Origin: Alphaproteobacteria bacterium
GTDB taxonomy: Bacteria; Pseudomonadota; Alphaproteobacteria; RF32; CAG-239
Direction of reading: 5' to 3'
Length of the DNA: 64,000 nt
NCBI GenBank assembly: GCA_017935485.1
Contig: JAGBHO010000021.1
Span: 2,479 to 66,478 of the forward strand
The notes under the pieces were generated by a model. The model saw only the letters and a list, made by a program, of their open reading frames with translations, was not told the origin of the DNA and did no database searches. The position numbers were made by a program, and so were the translations under genes. This document shows positions 27,989 through 38,695 of the stretch, one piece after another (positions within the stretch are counted from its first letter, which is position 1; each line of letters opens with the position of its first letter).

Positions 27989-28021
27989 AAAGCTCTTTGC
28001 AGAGATGCAAAGAGCTTTTTT
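27989..28021 (+). terminator. Strong rho-independent terminator ending the str operon
   Basis: A 13 bp stem AAAGCTCTTTGCA / TGCAAAGAGCTTT, a 4 nt loop, then a T run. Confidence 0.9.
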
Positions 28022-28143
28022 AGTGTATAATGACGGAGGTGGGGAGAGGGCAAATAATTTATTATTGACAATGTGTTGTCTTGTGCTATCTTTTCGGGGT
28101 TTTGAAATTATTTTAAAGTAAATTTTTTTAATTATTATCAGGT

Positions 28144-28863
28144 ATGAAAATATTAAAATTTTTGGCAAATGCAGATGTTTTTATGACAGAAGATTTTTAT
28201 TTTTATAAAGCTAAAGTTCCTGTTTTGTTGAATGATGCCGACAATTTGCAGAAAGAAGGGAGAAAGCTTTTGATTCAAAAAATTGCTCCCCGTTATAAAA
28301 ACAGCTTCGTAGAAATTTATGTTATAGAACGCGCTCTTTTTTCGCCGTATTATTTTGCAGTGACTTTATCGGCTGGCGGCAGTCGGACGTTATGTTCCGA
28401 TGTGTTTACAAAAGCACTGTTCCCTTATAAAATCCAAATGTTGGGAAAAGCGGATTTTGCCGTTGCCTGGTTGGGAGAAACCCGAAAAGTGATTACGGAT
28501 GACGGGATACGTTTTGAAGACGTACAAAATGATTTTGGTGAGAACTGGAGTGTGTTTATGCTGGCCGAGGACAAGTCTTTTCGGAATATTTCCGAAGATT
28601 TTGGGGCAACGGGAGATGTGCATATTTCTTCATTAAGGTATGATGACGGAATTTTGAACATATCTTTGATGACCCAAGGAGGTGCTTACGAAGATAAAAA
28701 TCTGTTGTTTATGAAGCAGGGAAAAGGTTATTGCCGGATTTCCCGGGAAGAAAATGAAATTTATTGGGCTGATGTTTACAACAGAGTAGTGGAGTCTTCC
28801 GAGTGGATGCCGGCCGATGGGGCACTGTTGGACAATCTGTATGAATTTGCCGGTGTGATTTGA
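28144..28863 (+). CDS. Hypothetical protein (239 aa)
   Basis: Long ORF with ordinary amino-acid composition. No signal peptide and no motif I recognise. Weak SD. Confidence 0.6.
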   Translation: MKILKFLANADVFMTEDFYFYKAKVPVLLNDADNLQKEGRKLLIQKIAPRYKNSFVEIYVIERALFSPYYFAVTLSAGGSRTLCSDVFTKALFPYKIQMLGKADFAVAWLGETRKVITDDGIRFEDVQNDFGENWSVFMLAEDKSFRNISEDFGATGDVHISSLRYDDGILNISLMTQGGAYEDKNLLFMKQGKGYCRISREENEIYWADVYNRVVESSEWMPADGALLDNLYEFAGVI

Positions 28864-28867
28864 GTAT

Positions 28868-28906
28868 TAAAAAAACTCTGAACTTTTGTGGTTCAGAGCT
28901 TTTTTT
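28868..28906. terminator. Bidirectional terminator
   Basis: Stem CTCTGAAC / GTTCAGAG flanked by an A run and a T run, between convergent genes. Confidence 0.85.
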
Positions 28907-28919
28907 GTATTAGAGAAAG

Positions 28920-29279
28920 CTAGTTTTTCCAAGTATTCTTGATTGCTTCCAAATCGCTTTTGATTTTTGCTTTTTTCTCTTCGGCGGCAGCTTTGTCCGC
29001 TTCTTGCTGGGCTTTGTATTCTGCTTTTTTCTCTTCTATTGATTTTTTTAATTCGTCTTTGAGGCTGCTGTCGGAGGAAGCCGTTTTTTCCTGCTTGATT
29101 TTTTTTGCATTCTCTTTAGCCGTTTTGAGGCTCTTTTTGATATTTTCCGCTTTTTCGTGCAGGCTGTCGGAAGTCTGGCGGAGTTCGGATGCTGTTTTAA
29201 CAAGGTCAATATCCTGAGCGGAAGCGTCGGCGGCGGCAAAAGCCAGGGCAATGGCGGCGCAGGTAAGAATTTTTTTCAT
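28920..29279 (-). CDS. Small secreted K/E/A-rich helical protein (119 aa)
   Basis: SD AGGAG. Signal peptide MKKILTCAAIALAFAAADASA. The remainder is charged low-complexity helix. Confidence 0.7.
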   Translation of the reverse strand: MKKILTCAAIALAFAAADASAQDIDLVKTASELRQTSDSLHEKAENIKKSLKTAKENAKKIKQEKTASSDSSLKDELKKSIEEKKAEYKAQQEADKAAAEEKKAKIKSDLEAIKNTWKN

Positions 29280-29521
29280 GTTATTACTCCTATAATTTGA
29301 TTTACCGTTATAATGTAATGCAGTCTTTTTTTTATAGCAAGATTAATCGCTTTTGTTGTGAAAAAGATTGGCTTGACATTTGTAAAAGCCAGAATTAAGT
29401 TTGTTATGTTCCGGTCGTCCTCAGGGCTTATGGGCGAGGGACTGATATAAACTGAGCCGGTTTAGAACAGATATGTTTTTATGTGTCGATTCTTGCAGGC
29501 TCCTGTTCAGGGAGTTTTTTT

Positions 29522-30058
29522 ATGCATAAATACAAACACGGAATTGCGGTTATGCGTGCGCAGCCTTTTCATATCGGACATGCCCGAATAATCGACCGCA
29601 TGCTTGCGGAATGTGAGCAGGTTACCGTTATTCTCGGTTCGATTCAGGAGCAGGGGACGCAGCGTAATCCGCTTAATTATACTACCCGCAAAAAAATGAT
29701 TCAGAATGTTTACCGTCATCATCAGGATTATCCGCGTCTGAAAGTTATCGGTTTGTTTGATATTAACAATCCGGCGGAATGGGCGGCGTATGTTTTGGAT
29801 TTTATGAATGAAAGCCTGCCGCAGCTCGGGATGCCGGATGTTTATTATGCCGGAAGTTCTTATGATGCGCACTGGTTTAAAGAGGCTTTTAAAAATATCG
29901 AATGTGTTGACCGTACCAGTGAGGATTTTCCGTTTGTAACCGGTACAATGGTTCGGGATATGATTAAATTTGGCGACAAACGCTGGCGGAATTTTGTTCA
30001 TCCGGAAAATTATGCCCTCATTGAAGAACATTTTTATAAGAAGAAAGCAATTATTTAG
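29522..30058 (+). CDS. Cytidylyltransferase-family nucleotidyltransferase, probably nicotinamide-nucleotide adenylyltransferase (NadM-like)
   Basis: HxGH motif in GIAVMRAQPFHIGHARII and a distal TGTMVRD (ISST.R-like) motif. ATG at 29522 after GGAG. Confidence 0.7.
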   Translation: MHKYKHGIAVMRAQPFHIGHARIIDRMLAECEQVTVILGSIQEQGTQRNPLNYTTRKKMIQNVYRHHQDYPRLKVIGLFDINNPAEWAAYVLDFMNESLPQLGMPDVYYAGSSYDAHWFKEAFKNIECVDRTSEDFPFVTGTMVRDMIKFGDKRWRNFVHPENYALIEEHFYKKKAII

Positions 30059-30162
30059 TTTTTAACCAAATGTTCTCCGTTTTTCTGAACTGTCTCCCTC
30101 CTCAGGAAGGGGGCTGTAAAAAGTAACATGAACGGATGATTTGAAAAATTCCCTCTTTTGTC

Positions 30163-30266
30163 GATTCGGGCAAATTCGAGTCGTTTTTGAGTCGAAAAAT
30201 TAAATTTAGACTCGTGATTTTTAAAATTTGTCAATCTGACTCAAAAAGAGTCTGACACGGTGATTC
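30163..30266. promoter_or_regulatory. Cluster of 7 GANTC sites (5 are GACTC/GAGTC) upstream of rpsJ
   Basis: Sites start at 30163, 30178, 30189, 30209, 30238, 30248 and 30262. A possible promoter, TGACA-16-TATAAA, overlaps at about 30253-30280. Confidence 0.7.
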
Positions 30267-30495
30267 ATTCTTGTATAAAAAATGAAAAAAGTTGATTTTT
30301 TTGCTTGCAATTAGAATTTGTCTATGTTACAAAGGGCGCACAGTAGCTGTGAGACGGGCGGAATCTGTCTGGCAGCGAGGATATAAAACATAGCGCAAAC
30401 TATTGAGAACCAAGGGTTTGCTTAGTTTAATTCTTAGATGGCAAGGATAAGATAATCGAATCTTTTGCCGTCTAGTTATAAGGTAAAAATTAAAA

Positions 30496-30807
30496 ATGAT
30501 GGAAACACAAAATATCAGAATTCGCCTCAAGGCTTTTGACCACCGTCTGCTTGATCTGTCTACCAAAGAGATTGTGCATACGGCCAAAAGAACCGGGGCT
30601 AATGTCAGAGGGCCGATCCCCCTGCCGACCAGAATTGAGAAGTTTACGGTAAACCGTTCTCCGCACGTTGACAAGAAATCCCGCGAGCAGTTCGAGATCC
30701 GTACTCACAAGAGACTTCTTGATATTGTTGATCCGACACCGCAAACCGTAGATGCTTTGATGAAGCTGGATCTGGCTGCCGGTGTTAATGTTGAGATCAA
30801 ATTGTAG
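30496..30807 (+). CDS. rpsJ: 30S ribosomal protein S10
   Basis: [14 protein letters not shown]...[14 protein letters not shown]... Confidence 0.98.
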   Translation: MMETQNIRIRLKAFDHRLLDLSTKEIVHTAKRTGANVRGPIPLPTRIEKFTVNRSPHVDKKSREQFEIRTHKRLLDIVDPTPQTVDALMKLDLAAGVNVEIKL

Positions 30808-30875
30808 TTATAAATTAATGTTGGCTTTTTGAATTTTTAAATGGTCAACCTATTAAGAAAAGGAAAAATATAATA

Positions 30876-31598
30876 ATGCGTACGGGTCTAATCGCAAAAA
30901 AGCTTGGAATGTCTCGTATTTTCGAGAGTGACGGAACTCATGTTCCCGTTACCGTTCTCAGCATTGAAGATTTGAAAGTCGTTGACGTTAAAACTCTCGA
31001 CAGGGATGGATATACAGCTGTACAACTTGGTACAGGCGCCATTAAGGCTAAAAATGTATCCAAGCCTCTGAAAGGACATTTTGCCAAAGCTAACGTTGAG
31101 CCTAAGAAAAAATTGGCAGAATTCAGAGTTTCTGAAGATTGTCTGCTTTCTGTAGGTGATGAATTATCTGTAGAACATTTTGTTGCCGGTCAATACGTTG
31201 ACGTTTGCAGCATCTCCAAAGGTAAGGGTTTTGCCGGTGTTATGAAGCGCCACAACTTTGCCGGTCTGGAGGCTACTCACGGTGTGTCTATTTCTCACCG
31301 TTCTCACGGTTCTACAGGACAAAGACAGGATCCTGGTAAGGTATTTAAAGGCAAGAAAATGGCCGGACATCTCGGTGACGAGCGTGTAACCGTTCAAAAT
31401 CTGAAGGTTGTTGCCACTGATGCTGCCAGAGGGTTGCTGATGGTTAAAGGCGGCGTGCCCGGCGGTGAAAATGCCTGGGTATATGTTACCGATGCCGTTA
31501 AAATCCCGAGCAAGGTTGAATTGCCGATGCCTGCAGGATTGAAGAAAGTTGATGAACCTGTTGCAGCTCAGGCTGAAACTCCGGCTGAAAATGCATAA
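30876..31598 (+). CDS. rplC: 50S ribosomal protein L3
   Basis: [13 protein letters not shown]...[14 protein letters not shown]... Confidence 0.98.
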   Translation: MRTGLIAKKLGMSRIFESDGTHVPVTVLSIEDLKVVDVKTLDRDGYTAVQLGTGAIKAKNVSKPLKGHFAKANVEPKKKLAEFRVSEDCLLSVGDELSVEHFVAGQYVDVCSISKGKGFAGVMKRHNFAGLEATHGVSISHRSHGSTGQRQDPGKVFKGKKMAGHLGDERVTVQNLKVVATDAARGLLMVKGGVPGGENAWVYVTDAVKIPSKVELPMPAGLKKVDEPVAAQAETPAENA

Positions 31599-31608
31599 GC
31601 GATAAGGA

Positions 31609-32241
31609 TTGAAAAATATGAAACAGGACATCTTAAGTTTAGATACGAATAAAAGTGTCGGCCAAATTGAGCTGAACGAGTCGATTTTCGGCTTGGAAGT
31701 TCGTGCCGATATTTTGCATCGCGTTGTTGTTTGGCAGCTCGCCAGACTGCAGTGCGGCAACCACAAGACTAAAGGCCGTTCCGAAGTTGCCTTGACCGGT
31801 TCAAAACCTTTCAAGCAGAAAGGCGGCGGACGTGCCCGTCAGGGTTCTTACAAAGGAACTCAGTTTAGAAAAGGTGGTGTTGTGTTTGGTCCGGTTGTAC
31901 GTGATCATTCGCATGAACTGACCAAGAAGTTCAGAAAACTTGGTTTGAAAACCGCTCTTTCGGCTAAAGCCAAAGAGGGGAATCTGGTTGTTGTCGATGA
32001 AGCAAAATTATCAGCTCCGAAAACTAAAGATTTGCTCGGCAAACTCAATAGCTGCGGGTTGAAGAACTGCTTGTTTATTGACGGCAAAGAGGTTGATACT
32101 AATTTTGCATTGGCATCCAGAAACATTATTGGAGTCGATGTTTTGCCTACGATCGGCGCTAATGTATACGACATCTTGAGAAAAGACAAACTGGTCTTGA
32201 CCAAAGATGCAGTTGCCTGCTTGGAGGATAGATTGAAATGA
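31609..32241 (+). CDS. rplD: 50S ribosomal protein L4
   Basis: ...[15 protein letters not shown]... S10-operon order. Confidence 0.97.
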   Translation: MKNMKQDILSLDTNKSVGQIELNESIFGLEVRADILHRVVVWQLARLQCGNHKTKGRSEVALTGSKPFKQKGGGRARQGSYKGTQFRKGGVVFGPVVRDHSHELTKKFRKLGLKTALSAKAKEGNLVVVDEAKLSAPKTKDLLGKLNSCGLKNCLFIDGKEVDTNFALASRNIIGVDVLPTIGANVYDILRKDKLVLTKDAVACLEDRLK

Positions 32242-32558
32242 TAAAATCTAAGAAAACAAACAATACCGTAACTGCAAAAATGTATGATACATTGACCCGT
32301 CCGGTAATCACAGAAAAATCGATGATTGCATCGGAAGCCGGCAAAGTGACTTTTTTGGTTCCGCTGAGCGCTACCAAAGACGAAGTTAAGGCTGCCGTTG
32401 AAGCAATCTTTAATGTGAAAGTAAACAAAGTCAATACTATTCGCCAGTTCGGCAAAGAGAAACGTTTCAAAGGCTATATCGGTCAGCGTTCTGACTATAA
32501 AAAAGCCGTCGTTACTCTGGCTGAAGGCCAAAATATTGACGTTACAACAGGAATTTAA
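32238..32558 (+). CDS. rplW: 50S ribosomal protein L23
   Basis: [10 protein letters not shown]...[10 protein letters not shown]...KKAVVTL. Confidence 0.97.
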   Translation: MIKSKKTNNTVTAKMYDTLTRPVITEKSMIASEAGKVTFLVPLSATKDEVKAAVEAIFNVKVNKVNTIRQFGKEKRFKGYIGQRSDYKKAVVTLAEGQNIDVTTGI

Positions 32559-32561
32559 GAT

Positions 32562-33398
32562 ATGGCATTGAAAAAATATAAGCCTACATCTCCGGGGCTT
32601 CGTCAGCTTGTTATCGTTGACAGAAGCGAGCTCTACAAGGGCGCTCCGGAAAAGACCCTGACTGTCGGTTTAACCAAGTCAGGCGGGCGTGACAATTTCG
32701 GACACGTAACAAGTCGCAGAATCGGTGGCGGTCATAAACGCAAACTTCGTATTATCGACTTCAAACGTAATAAATTTGATTGTGAAGCAACTGTCGAGAG
32801 AATTGAATATGATCCGAACCGTTCCGCTTTTATTGCTTTGATCAGCTATACAGACGGTACAAAATCTTATATTCTCGCTCCGCAGAGACTTAAAGCCGGT
32901 GATAAAGTCGTATCTTCCGATAAGGCTGATATCAAACCGGGTAACGCCATGCCTTTGAAGAATATGCCGGTTGGTACAATTATTCATAATATCGAGCTCA
33001 AAGCCGGTAAAGGCGGACAGCTGGTACGTTCGGCCGGCTGCTATGCCCAACTGGTTGGTAAAGATGCCGGTTATGCTCAGTTGAAGCTGGGATCCGGTGA
33101 ATTGAGAATCGTCCGTGAAGAATGTCTGGCTACCGTCGGTGCAGTTTCCAACCCCGACAATCAGAACAAGTCTCTCGGCAAGGCAGGCCGTACACGCTGG
33201 GTCGGCAAACGTCCGGTTTCCCGCGGTGTGGCCATGAACCCGGTTGATCACCCGCATGGTGGTGGTGAAGGCCGTACTTCCGGCGGTCGCCATCCGGTTA
33301 CTCCTTGGGGTAAACCTACTAAGGGTGCTAAGACTCGTACTAACAAAAAGACTGATAAGTTCATTATGAGAACTCGTCATGAAAACAAAAAGAAATAG
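32562..33398 (+). CDS. rplB: 50S ribosomal protein L2
   Basis: ...[15 protein letters not shown]...[13 protein letters not shown]... Confidence 0.98.
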   Translation: MALKKYKPTSPGLRQLVIVDRSELYKGAPEKTLTVGLTKSGGRDNFGHVTSRRIGGGHKRKLRIIDFKRNKFDCEATVERIEYDPNRSAFIALISYTDGTKSYILAPQRLKAGDKVVSSDKADIKPGNAMPLKNMPVGTIIHNIELKAGKGGQLVRSAGCYAQLVGKDAGYAQLKLGSGELRIVREECLATVGAVSNPDNQNKSLGKAGRTRWVGKRPVSRGVAMNPVDHPHGGGEGRTSGGRHPVTPWGKPTKGAKTRTNKKTDKFIMRTRHENKKK

Positions 33399-33410
33399 GG
33401 AGAAACGCTA

Positions 33411-33689
33411 ATGACACGTTCCGTATGGAAAGGGCCGTTTGTTGATGGCTATCTTCTCAAAAAAGCTGAAAAAGCTAGAGCAACTACTCGTAATGAAGTA
33501 ATTAAAATCTGGTCGCGCAGATCTACGATGCTGCCGCAGTTTGTCGGTCTGACCTTCGGGGTTTACAACGGCCACAAATTTATTCCGGTTTTGGTTACTG
33601 AGGATATGGTTGGTCATAAATTTGGTGAATTTGCTCCGACCCGTACATTCTACGGCCACGCAGCAGATAAGAAAGCTAAGAGAGGTTAA
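33411..33689 (+). CDS. rpsS: 30S ribosomal protein S19
   Basis: [12 protein letters not shown]...[10 protein letters not shown]...[11 protein letters not shown]. Confidence 0.98.
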   Translation: MTRSVWKGPFVDGYLLKKAEKARATTRNEVIKIWSRRSTMLPQFVGLTFGVYNGHKFIPVLVTEDMVGHKFGEFAPTRTFYGHAADKKAKRG

Positions 33690-33691
33690 TT

Positions 33692-34066
33692 ATGGGAAAA
33701 ACTAAAGACGCCAGAAGAGTAGCCGCTAATGAAGCCATGGCTTATTGCAGCTCTATTCGTTCCAGTGCCCAGAAACTGAACCTCGTTGCCCAATCAATTC
33801 GTGGTTTGAATGCTTCCAAGGCTGTTGCCGAGCTGAGCTTTTCAAAGAAGAGAATCGCTAAAACTGCTTTGGCCGTTTTGCAATCTGCAATCGCCAATGC
33901 TGAAAACAATCACCAATTGAACATTGATAAGCTTTTTGTTAAAGAGGCTTATGTTGGCAAAGGTTTAGTAATGAAACGTATGCACGCCAGAGGTCGTGGC
34001 AGAGGAGCCAGAGTTTTGAAACCCTTCTCTAATCTGACCATTGTCGTTTCCGAGCGTGGGGAGTAA
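33692..34066 (+). CDS. rplV: 50S ribosomal protein L22
   Basis: ...[14 protein letters not shown]...[16 protein letters not shown]... Confidence 0.97.
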   Translation: MGKTKDARRVAANEAMAYCSSIRSSAQKLNLVAQSIRGLNASKAVAELSFSKKRIAKTALAVLQSAIANAENNHQLNIDKLFVKEAYVGKGLVMKRMHARGRGRGARVLKPFSNLTIVVSERGE

Positions 34067-34070
34067 GTTA

Positions 34071-34739
34071 ATGGGACAAAAAGTTAATCCTACAAGTCTT
34101 CGTCTGGGAGTTAACCGTACTTGGGATTCCCGCTGGTATGCCGATGAAAAGTATGCTGATTATCTGCACGAAGATTTGAAAATTAAAGAATTCTTGAAAG
34201 AGAAATTGGCTCAGGCCGGTGTAAGCAAGATTGTTATTGAACGTCCTGCCAAAAAGGCCAGAGTTACAATTCACTCTGCAAGACCGGGTGTCGTAATTGG
34301 CAAAAAGGGTCAGGATATTGAAATTCTGAGATCTCAGATTCAGAAGATGACTGATGCCGAAGTTCAATTGAACATTCTGGAAGTCAGAAAACCGGAGCTT
34401 GATGCTCAACTCGTAGCAGACAGCGTTGCTCAGCAGTTGGAACGCCGCGTTGCTTTCCGCCGTGCCATGAAGCGCGTTATGCAGTCTGCCCTGCGTTTGG
34501 GTGCTGAAGGTATTAAAGTCAGCTGTTCCGGCCGTCTCGGCGGTGCCGAAATTGCCAGAACCGAGTATTATCGTGAAGGTCGTGTTCCTTTGCACACATT
34601 GCGTGCTGACATTGATTATGCTACCTCTACGGCTCACACAACTTATGGTGCCTGCGGCGTTAAAGTATGGATCTACAAAGGCGAGATTATGGCTCATGAT
34701 CCTATGGCGCAGGATAAGAAGTTGGCTGAACAAAAATAA
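34071..34739 (+). CDS. rpsC: 30S ribosomal protein S3
   Basis: [13 protein letters not shown]...; KH and S3-C motifs. ATG at 34071. Confidence 0.98.
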   Translation: MGQKVNPTSLRLGVNRTWDSRWYADEKYADYLHEDLKIKEFLKEKLAQAGVSKIVIERPAKKARVTIHSARPGVVIGKKGQDIEILRSQIQKMTDAEVQLNILEVRKPELDAQLVADSVAQQLERRVAFRRAMKRVMQSALRLGAEGIKVSCSGRLGGAEIARTEYYREGRVPLHTLRADIDYATSTAHTTYGACGVKVWIYKGEIMAHDPMAQDKKLAEQK

Positions 34740-34740
34740 T

Positions 34741-34869
34741 TATGAAGGGTTTTATGGCGCATCTAGAGCAGAAAATTCACTATCGAAAAAATTCATGTAC
34801 CTTTTTGTACACTAAAATTTTTTCTCAGTTCTTTTCTACTCTATCTATCACCCTAAAACCTCTACATAA
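34741..34869 (+). repeat. Long imperfect hairpin element, copy 2 (apex TGTAC-CTTTTT-GTACA at 34796-34811)
   Basis: Starts 2 nt after the rpsC stop. The left arm TATGAAGGGTTTTATGGCGCATCTAGAGCAGAAAA... pairs with the right arm ...TTTTCTACTCTATCTATCACCCTAAAACCTCTACATAA. It fills a 155 nt rpsC-rplP gap. Confidence 0.8.
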
Positions 34870-34894
34870 TGTATAGAAATAAGGTAAAGAATAA

Positions 34895-35320
34895 ATGTTA
34901 AGTCCAAAACGTATTAAGTTCCGCAAACAGCACAAAGGCCGTATTCACGGTTTGGCCAAAGGCGGATCAGAATTGAGTTTCGGTTCATACGGATTGAAAG
35001 CTCTTACACCGGATCGTATCACTGCTCGCCAAATCGAGGCTGCTCGTAGAGCTTTGACACGTGCGATGAAAAGAGCCGGAAGAATATGGATCCGAATTTT
35101 CCCGGATGTTCCCGTGTCGGATAAACCTGCCGAGGTTCGTATGGGTAAAGGTAAGGGCTCTGTTGAGTTCTGGGTTGCCCGTGTTAAGCCGGGTCGGATT
35201 TTGTTTGAAGCAGAAGGCGTTGACGAAGCAACAGCCCGCGAAGGTTTTGCCTTGGCTGCCGCCAAACTGCCGATTAAAACAAAGTTTGTTAAAAAATTAG
35301 CTTCAGAGCAAGGAGAATAA
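34895..35320 (+). CDS. rplP: 50S ribosomal protein L16
   Basis: [16 protein letters not shown]... Confidence 0.98.
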   Translation: MLSPKRIKFRKQHKGRIHGLAKGGSELSFGSYGLKALTPDRITARQIEAARRALTRAMKRAGRIWIRIFPDVPVSDKPAEVRMGKGKGSVEFWVARVKPGRILFEAEGVDEATAREGFALAAAKLPIKTKFVKKLASEQGE

Positions 35321-35323
35321 TTA

Positions 35324-35524
35324 ATGGTTACTAAAATAAAAGATCTTCGTGCTATGAGCGATAATGAACTCGAAAATAAATTGCTCGAGGCAAAAAAAGA
35401 ACAATTTAACTTAAGAGTTCAACAATCTACTGGACAATTGCAAAATACTGCTGTAATAAAGAATGTCCGTCGTGAAATAGCAAAAATCAACACGCTCCTC
35501 GCCGAGCGCAAGAAGAATAGTTAG
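35324..35524 (+). CDS. rpmC: 50S ribosomal protein L29
   Basis: A 66 aa protein with ...[14 protein letters not shown]... In operon order. Confidence 0.96.
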   Translation: MVTKIKDLRAMSDNELENKLLEAKKEQFNLRVQQSTGQLQNTAVIKNVRREIAKINTLLAERKKNS

Positions 35525-35535
35525 GAGAAAGAGTT

Positions 35536-35772
35536 ATGCCTAAAAGAATTCTTCAAGGTGTTGTTGTCAGTGATAAACAGGATAAAACTGTCGTGGTCAG
35601 CGTAGAGCGTCAGGTTATGCATCCCGTTTATAAGAAATTCGTTAAGAAAAGCAAAAAATATGCAGCTCATGACGAAAATAACCAGTTCAAAGTCGGCGAT
35701 ACTGTCCGGATTATTGAATCCAGACCGCTTTCCAAGACAAAAACTTGGACTGTATTAGTTGATAACGCCTAA
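35536..35772 (+). CDS. rpsQ: 30S ribosomal protein S17
   Basis: [18 protein letters not shown]...HPVYKKF... Confidence 0.97.
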   Translation: MPKRILQGVVVSDKQDKTVVVSVERQVMHPVYKKFVKKSKKYAAHDENNQFKVGDTVRIIESRPLSKTKTWTVLVDNA

Positions 35773-35790
35773 GAGAAAAGGAATTAAAAA

Positions 35791-36159
35791 ATGATACAGA
35801 TGCAAACCACCCTTGATGTTGCTGATAATTCCGGCGCACGTCAGGTGCAGTGCATTAAAGTTCTTGGCGGGTCCAAGAGAATGCATGCGACGGTTGGCGA
35901 CGTAATTGTCGTGTCGGTTAAAGACGCTATCCCCAAGGGTCGTGTAAAAAAAGGCGATGTTCAAAAAGCTGTTATTGTTCGTACAGCCAGCGACATCAGA
36001 CGTAAAGACGGATCCGTTATCCGTTTTGACAAGAATGCTGCAGTTCTCATCAACAAAGACGGTGAGCCGATCGGTACCCGTATCTTCGGGCCGGTTACCA
36101 GAGAATTGCGTGCAAAGAAATTTATGAAAATTATTTCATTAGCACCGGAGGTATTATAA
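35791..36159 (+). CDS. rplN: 50S ribosomal protein L14
   Basis: [17 protein letters not shown]... Confidence 0.98.
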   Translation: MIQMQTTLDVADNSGARQVQCIKVLGGSKRMHATVGDVIVVSVKDAIPKGRVKKGDVQKAVIVRTASDIRRKDGSVIRFDKNAAVLINKDGEPIGTRIFGPVTRELRAKKFMKIISLAPEVL

Positions 36160-36476
36160 TGCCTAAAATGAAAATTAAAAAAGGCGACCAAGTTGTTATT
36201 TTGTCAGGCGATGACAAAGGTAAGAACGGTGAAGTTGTAAAAGCCATGCCTAAAGAGGGTAAAGTGGTTGTTCAAGGTGTCAATCTGGTTAAAAGACACA
36301 CCAAACCCAGCCAAACTACTCCTGGCGGCATTGTTACCAAAGAAGCCCCGATTAACGTTTCCAACGTGGCTTTGGTTGATCCGAAATCCGGAAAGGCTAC
36401 CAAAGTCGGTTACAAAGAAGTTAACGGGAAAAAAGTTCGTGTTGCCCGTAAATCCGGTGAAGTAATCGATAAATAG
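36159..36476 (+). CDS. rplX: 50S ribosomal protein L24
   Basis: [18 protein letters not shown]... KOW motif. Confidence 0.97.
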   Translation: MPKMKIKKGDQVVILSGDDKGKNGEVVKAMPKEGKVVVQGVNLVKRHTKPSQTTPGGIVTKEAPINVSNVALVDPKSGKATKVGYKEVNGKKVRVARKSGEVIDK

Positions 36477-36487
36477 GAGAAAAATTT

Positions 36488-37027
36488 ATGACAAATTTTG
36501 AAAAGTTATATAATGAGGTCATAAAAAAATCTCTTGTTGAGAAGTTCGGTTACCAGAACAAACATGAGATACCTAAACTGACTAAAATTGTCTTGAACAT
36601 GGGCGTCGGTGATGCTGTTACAGACAAGAAAAAGCTGAATAATGCCGCTGACGAATTGGCTTTGATTGCCGGTCAGAAGCCGGTTATTACAAAAGCCCGC
36701 AAATCTATTGCGACTTTTAAGCTGAGAGAAGGTATGCCGATTGGTTGTAAGGTAACGCTGCGTTCCGACAGAATGTATGAGTTCCTCGAGAGATTGATTA
36801 ATATGGCTTTGCCGCGTGTGAGAGACTTTCACGGAATCTCCGGTAAAAACTTCGATGGTAAAGGCAACTTTGCTTTCGGTATTAAAGAACAGATCATTTT
36901 CCCTGAAATTAACTACGACAAGGTAGAAAATGTCCGTGGTTTGGATGTGGTCATTTGTACAACAGCAAAGACTGACGAAGAAGCTAAAGCTCTTCTTACC
37001 GGTTTTAACTTGCCCTGCAAGAAATAG
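36488..37027 (+). CDS. rplE: 50S ribosomal protein L5
   Basis: ...[11 protein letters not shown]...[15 protein letters not shown]... Confidence 0.98.
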   Translation: MTNFEKLYNEVIKKSLVEKFGYQNKHEIPKLTKIVLNMGVGDAVTDKKKLNNAADELALIAGQKPVITKARKSIATFKLREGMPIGCKVTLRSDRMYEFLERLINMALPRVRDFHGISGKNFDGKGNFAFGIKEQIIFPEINYDKVENVRGLDVVICTTAKTDEEAKALLTGFNLPCKK

Positions 37028-37041
37028 ACGGAGATTTTACT

Positions 37042-37347
37042 ATGGCAAAAACAAGTTCAGTTTTTAAAAATCTGAAAAGAGCCAAGATGGCGGCAAAATT
37101 TGCAAACCGCCGTCAGAAGCTTAAAGATATCGTTATGGACAAGACAATTTCTCCAGAAGAAAGATTCCAGGCGACTCTTAAATTGGCAGAACTGCCGCGT
37201 AACTCTGCACGCATTCGTTTCAGAAACCGTTGCAAACTTACAGGCCGTTCCCGCGGTTATTACAGGAAATTCGGTCTGGGCCGTTCCGAGCTCAGAGACA
37301 TGGCCGGCTTCGGTGAAATTCCCGGGTTGGTAAAATCTAGTTGGTAG
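37042..37347 (+). CDS. rpsN: 30S ribosomal protein S14 (long, non-zinc type)
   Basis: A 101 aa protein ending ...RNRCKLTGRSRGYYRKFGLGRSELRDMA..GEIPGLVKSSW. Confidence 0.97.
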   Translation: MAKTSSVFKNLKRAKMAAKFANRRQKLKDIVMDKTISPEERFQATLKLAELPRNSARIRFRNRCKLTGRSRGYYRKFGLGRSELRDMAGFGEIPGLVKSSW

Positions 37348-37359
37348 GAGAGTGAGATA

Positions 37360-37758
37360 ATGTCTATGTCAGATACTTTGGGCGATATGCTCACACGCAT
37401 CAGAAACGCACAAAGGGCCAAGAAAAGTGATGTTGTATCACCTGCTTCCCGCCTGCGTGAAAATGTTTTGGAAGTTTTGAAGAAAGAAGGTTATATTTCC
37501 GGTTATGAAAGAGTTAATGTTCGTGCCGGCGTTGATGAGCTTCGTATTCAATTGAAGTACCATGAAGGTACTGGTGTAATTACAGAAATTTACCGCGTGT
37601 CCACTCCGGGCAGACGCGTATACTCCAGCGTTAAAGATTTGCCGAGAGTATACAATGGTTTGGGTATTTCCATCATCTCTACGCCGCAAGGTGTTATGAG
37701 TGACCATGAAGCCCGCAAAGCCAATGTCGGCGGTGAAATTTTGTGTCAGGTATTTTAA
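37360..37758 (+). CDS. rpsH: 30S ribosomal protein S8
   Basis: [13 protein letters not shown]... In operon order. Confidence 0.98.
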   Translation: MSMSDTLGDMLTRIRNAQRAKKSDVVSPASRLRENVLEVLKKEGYISGYERVNVRAGVDELRIQLKYHEGTGVITEIYRVSTPGRRVYSSVKDLPRVYNGLGISIISTPQGVMSDHEARKANVGGEILCQVF

Positions 37759-37770
37759 GGGAGAAAATGG

Positions 37771-38310
37771 ATGTCTAGAGTTGGAAAATATCCGGTTATT
37801 ATCCCGAACGGCGTTACGGTTGATATTAACAATAACGTTGTTACCGCTAAAGGTAAATTGGGCGAACTGAGCTACGCTTTTGACGATAGCCATGTCGCTG
37901 CAAAAGTTGAAAACAATGCTGTTACTGTTTCTCCGTTGTCAGATACGAAACAGGCTAGAACTTTGTGGGGCACGACAAGAGCCAGAATTAACACTATGGT
38001 TAAAGGCGTTAACGAAGGCTTTTCTAAGAATATGGAACTGTTGGGCGTTGGTTATAAAGCCCGTGTTGAAGGTTCCCGCAAGCTGGTACTTTCTCTGGGA
38101 TATTCTCATGATGTTATTTTTGAGGTTCCCGAAGGTTTGAAAGTTTCTTGCGCAAGCCCGACACAGATTTGTATCTCCGGTGCGGATAAGCAATTAGTCG
38201 GCCAGACTGCGGCAGAAATTCGCGAGTTCAGAAAACCTGAACCTTACAAAGGAAAAGGTATCAGATACGAAGGCGAATACGTACGTCGTAAAGAAGGCAA
38301 GAAGAAATAA
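37771..38310 (+). CDS. rplF: 50S ribosomal protein L6
   Basis: [15 protein letters not shown]...[11 protein letters not shown]... Confidence 0.98.
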   Translation: MSRVGKYPVIIPNGVTVDINNNVVTAKGKLGELSYAFDDSHVAAKVENNAVTVSPLSDTKQARTLWGTTRARINTMVKGVNEGFSKNMELLGVGYKARVEGSRKLVLSLGYSHDVIFEVPEGLKVSCASPTQICISGADKQLVGQTAAEIREFRKPEPYKGKGIRYEGEYVRRKEGKKK

Positions 38311-38321
38311 GGATTAATTTG

Positions 38322-38684
38322 ATGAATACGCCAAAAGAGTTATTTGAAAAAAGAAAAAGCCGCGTAAGAACAGCTTTGAAAAAGGCTGCGAATGGAAAGA
38401 TGAGACTGTCTGTATTTCGCAGCGGAAAGCATATTTACGTGCAGGTTATTGACGATGCCAAAGGTGCTACCGTAGCTTCTGCTTCTACCTTGGACAAAGA
38501 GATCAGAGACCAGATTAAAAAGTCTTCTACCATTGAGGCAGCAAGCATTATTGGTAAGACTGTTGCCGAAAGAGCATTGAAATCCGGTGTAAGTGAAGTT
38601 GTCTTTGACAGAGGCGGTTACATCTACCATGGTCGTGTTAAAGCTTTAGCTGATGCAGCTCGTGAAGCTGGTCTGAAATTCTAG
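38322..38684 (+). CDS. rplR: 50S ribosomal protein L18
   Basis: ...[18 protein letters not shown]...[27 protein letters not shown] at 38322 after AAGGA (TTG at 38319 is possible). Confidence 0.97.
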   Translation: MNTPKELFEKRKSRVRTALKKAANGKMRLSVFRSGKHIYVQVIDDAKGATVASASTLDKEIRDQIKKSSTIEAASIIGKTVAERALKSGVSEVVFDRGGYIYHGRVKALADAAREAGLKF

Positions 38685-38695
38685 GAGATTATGTT

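Noticed and set aside
30327-30744. Minus-strand ORFs 30327-30674 and 30490-30744 overlapping the rpsJ leader and rpsJ
   Set aside because: They are antisense to S10 and to its leader, and have no motifs or SD.
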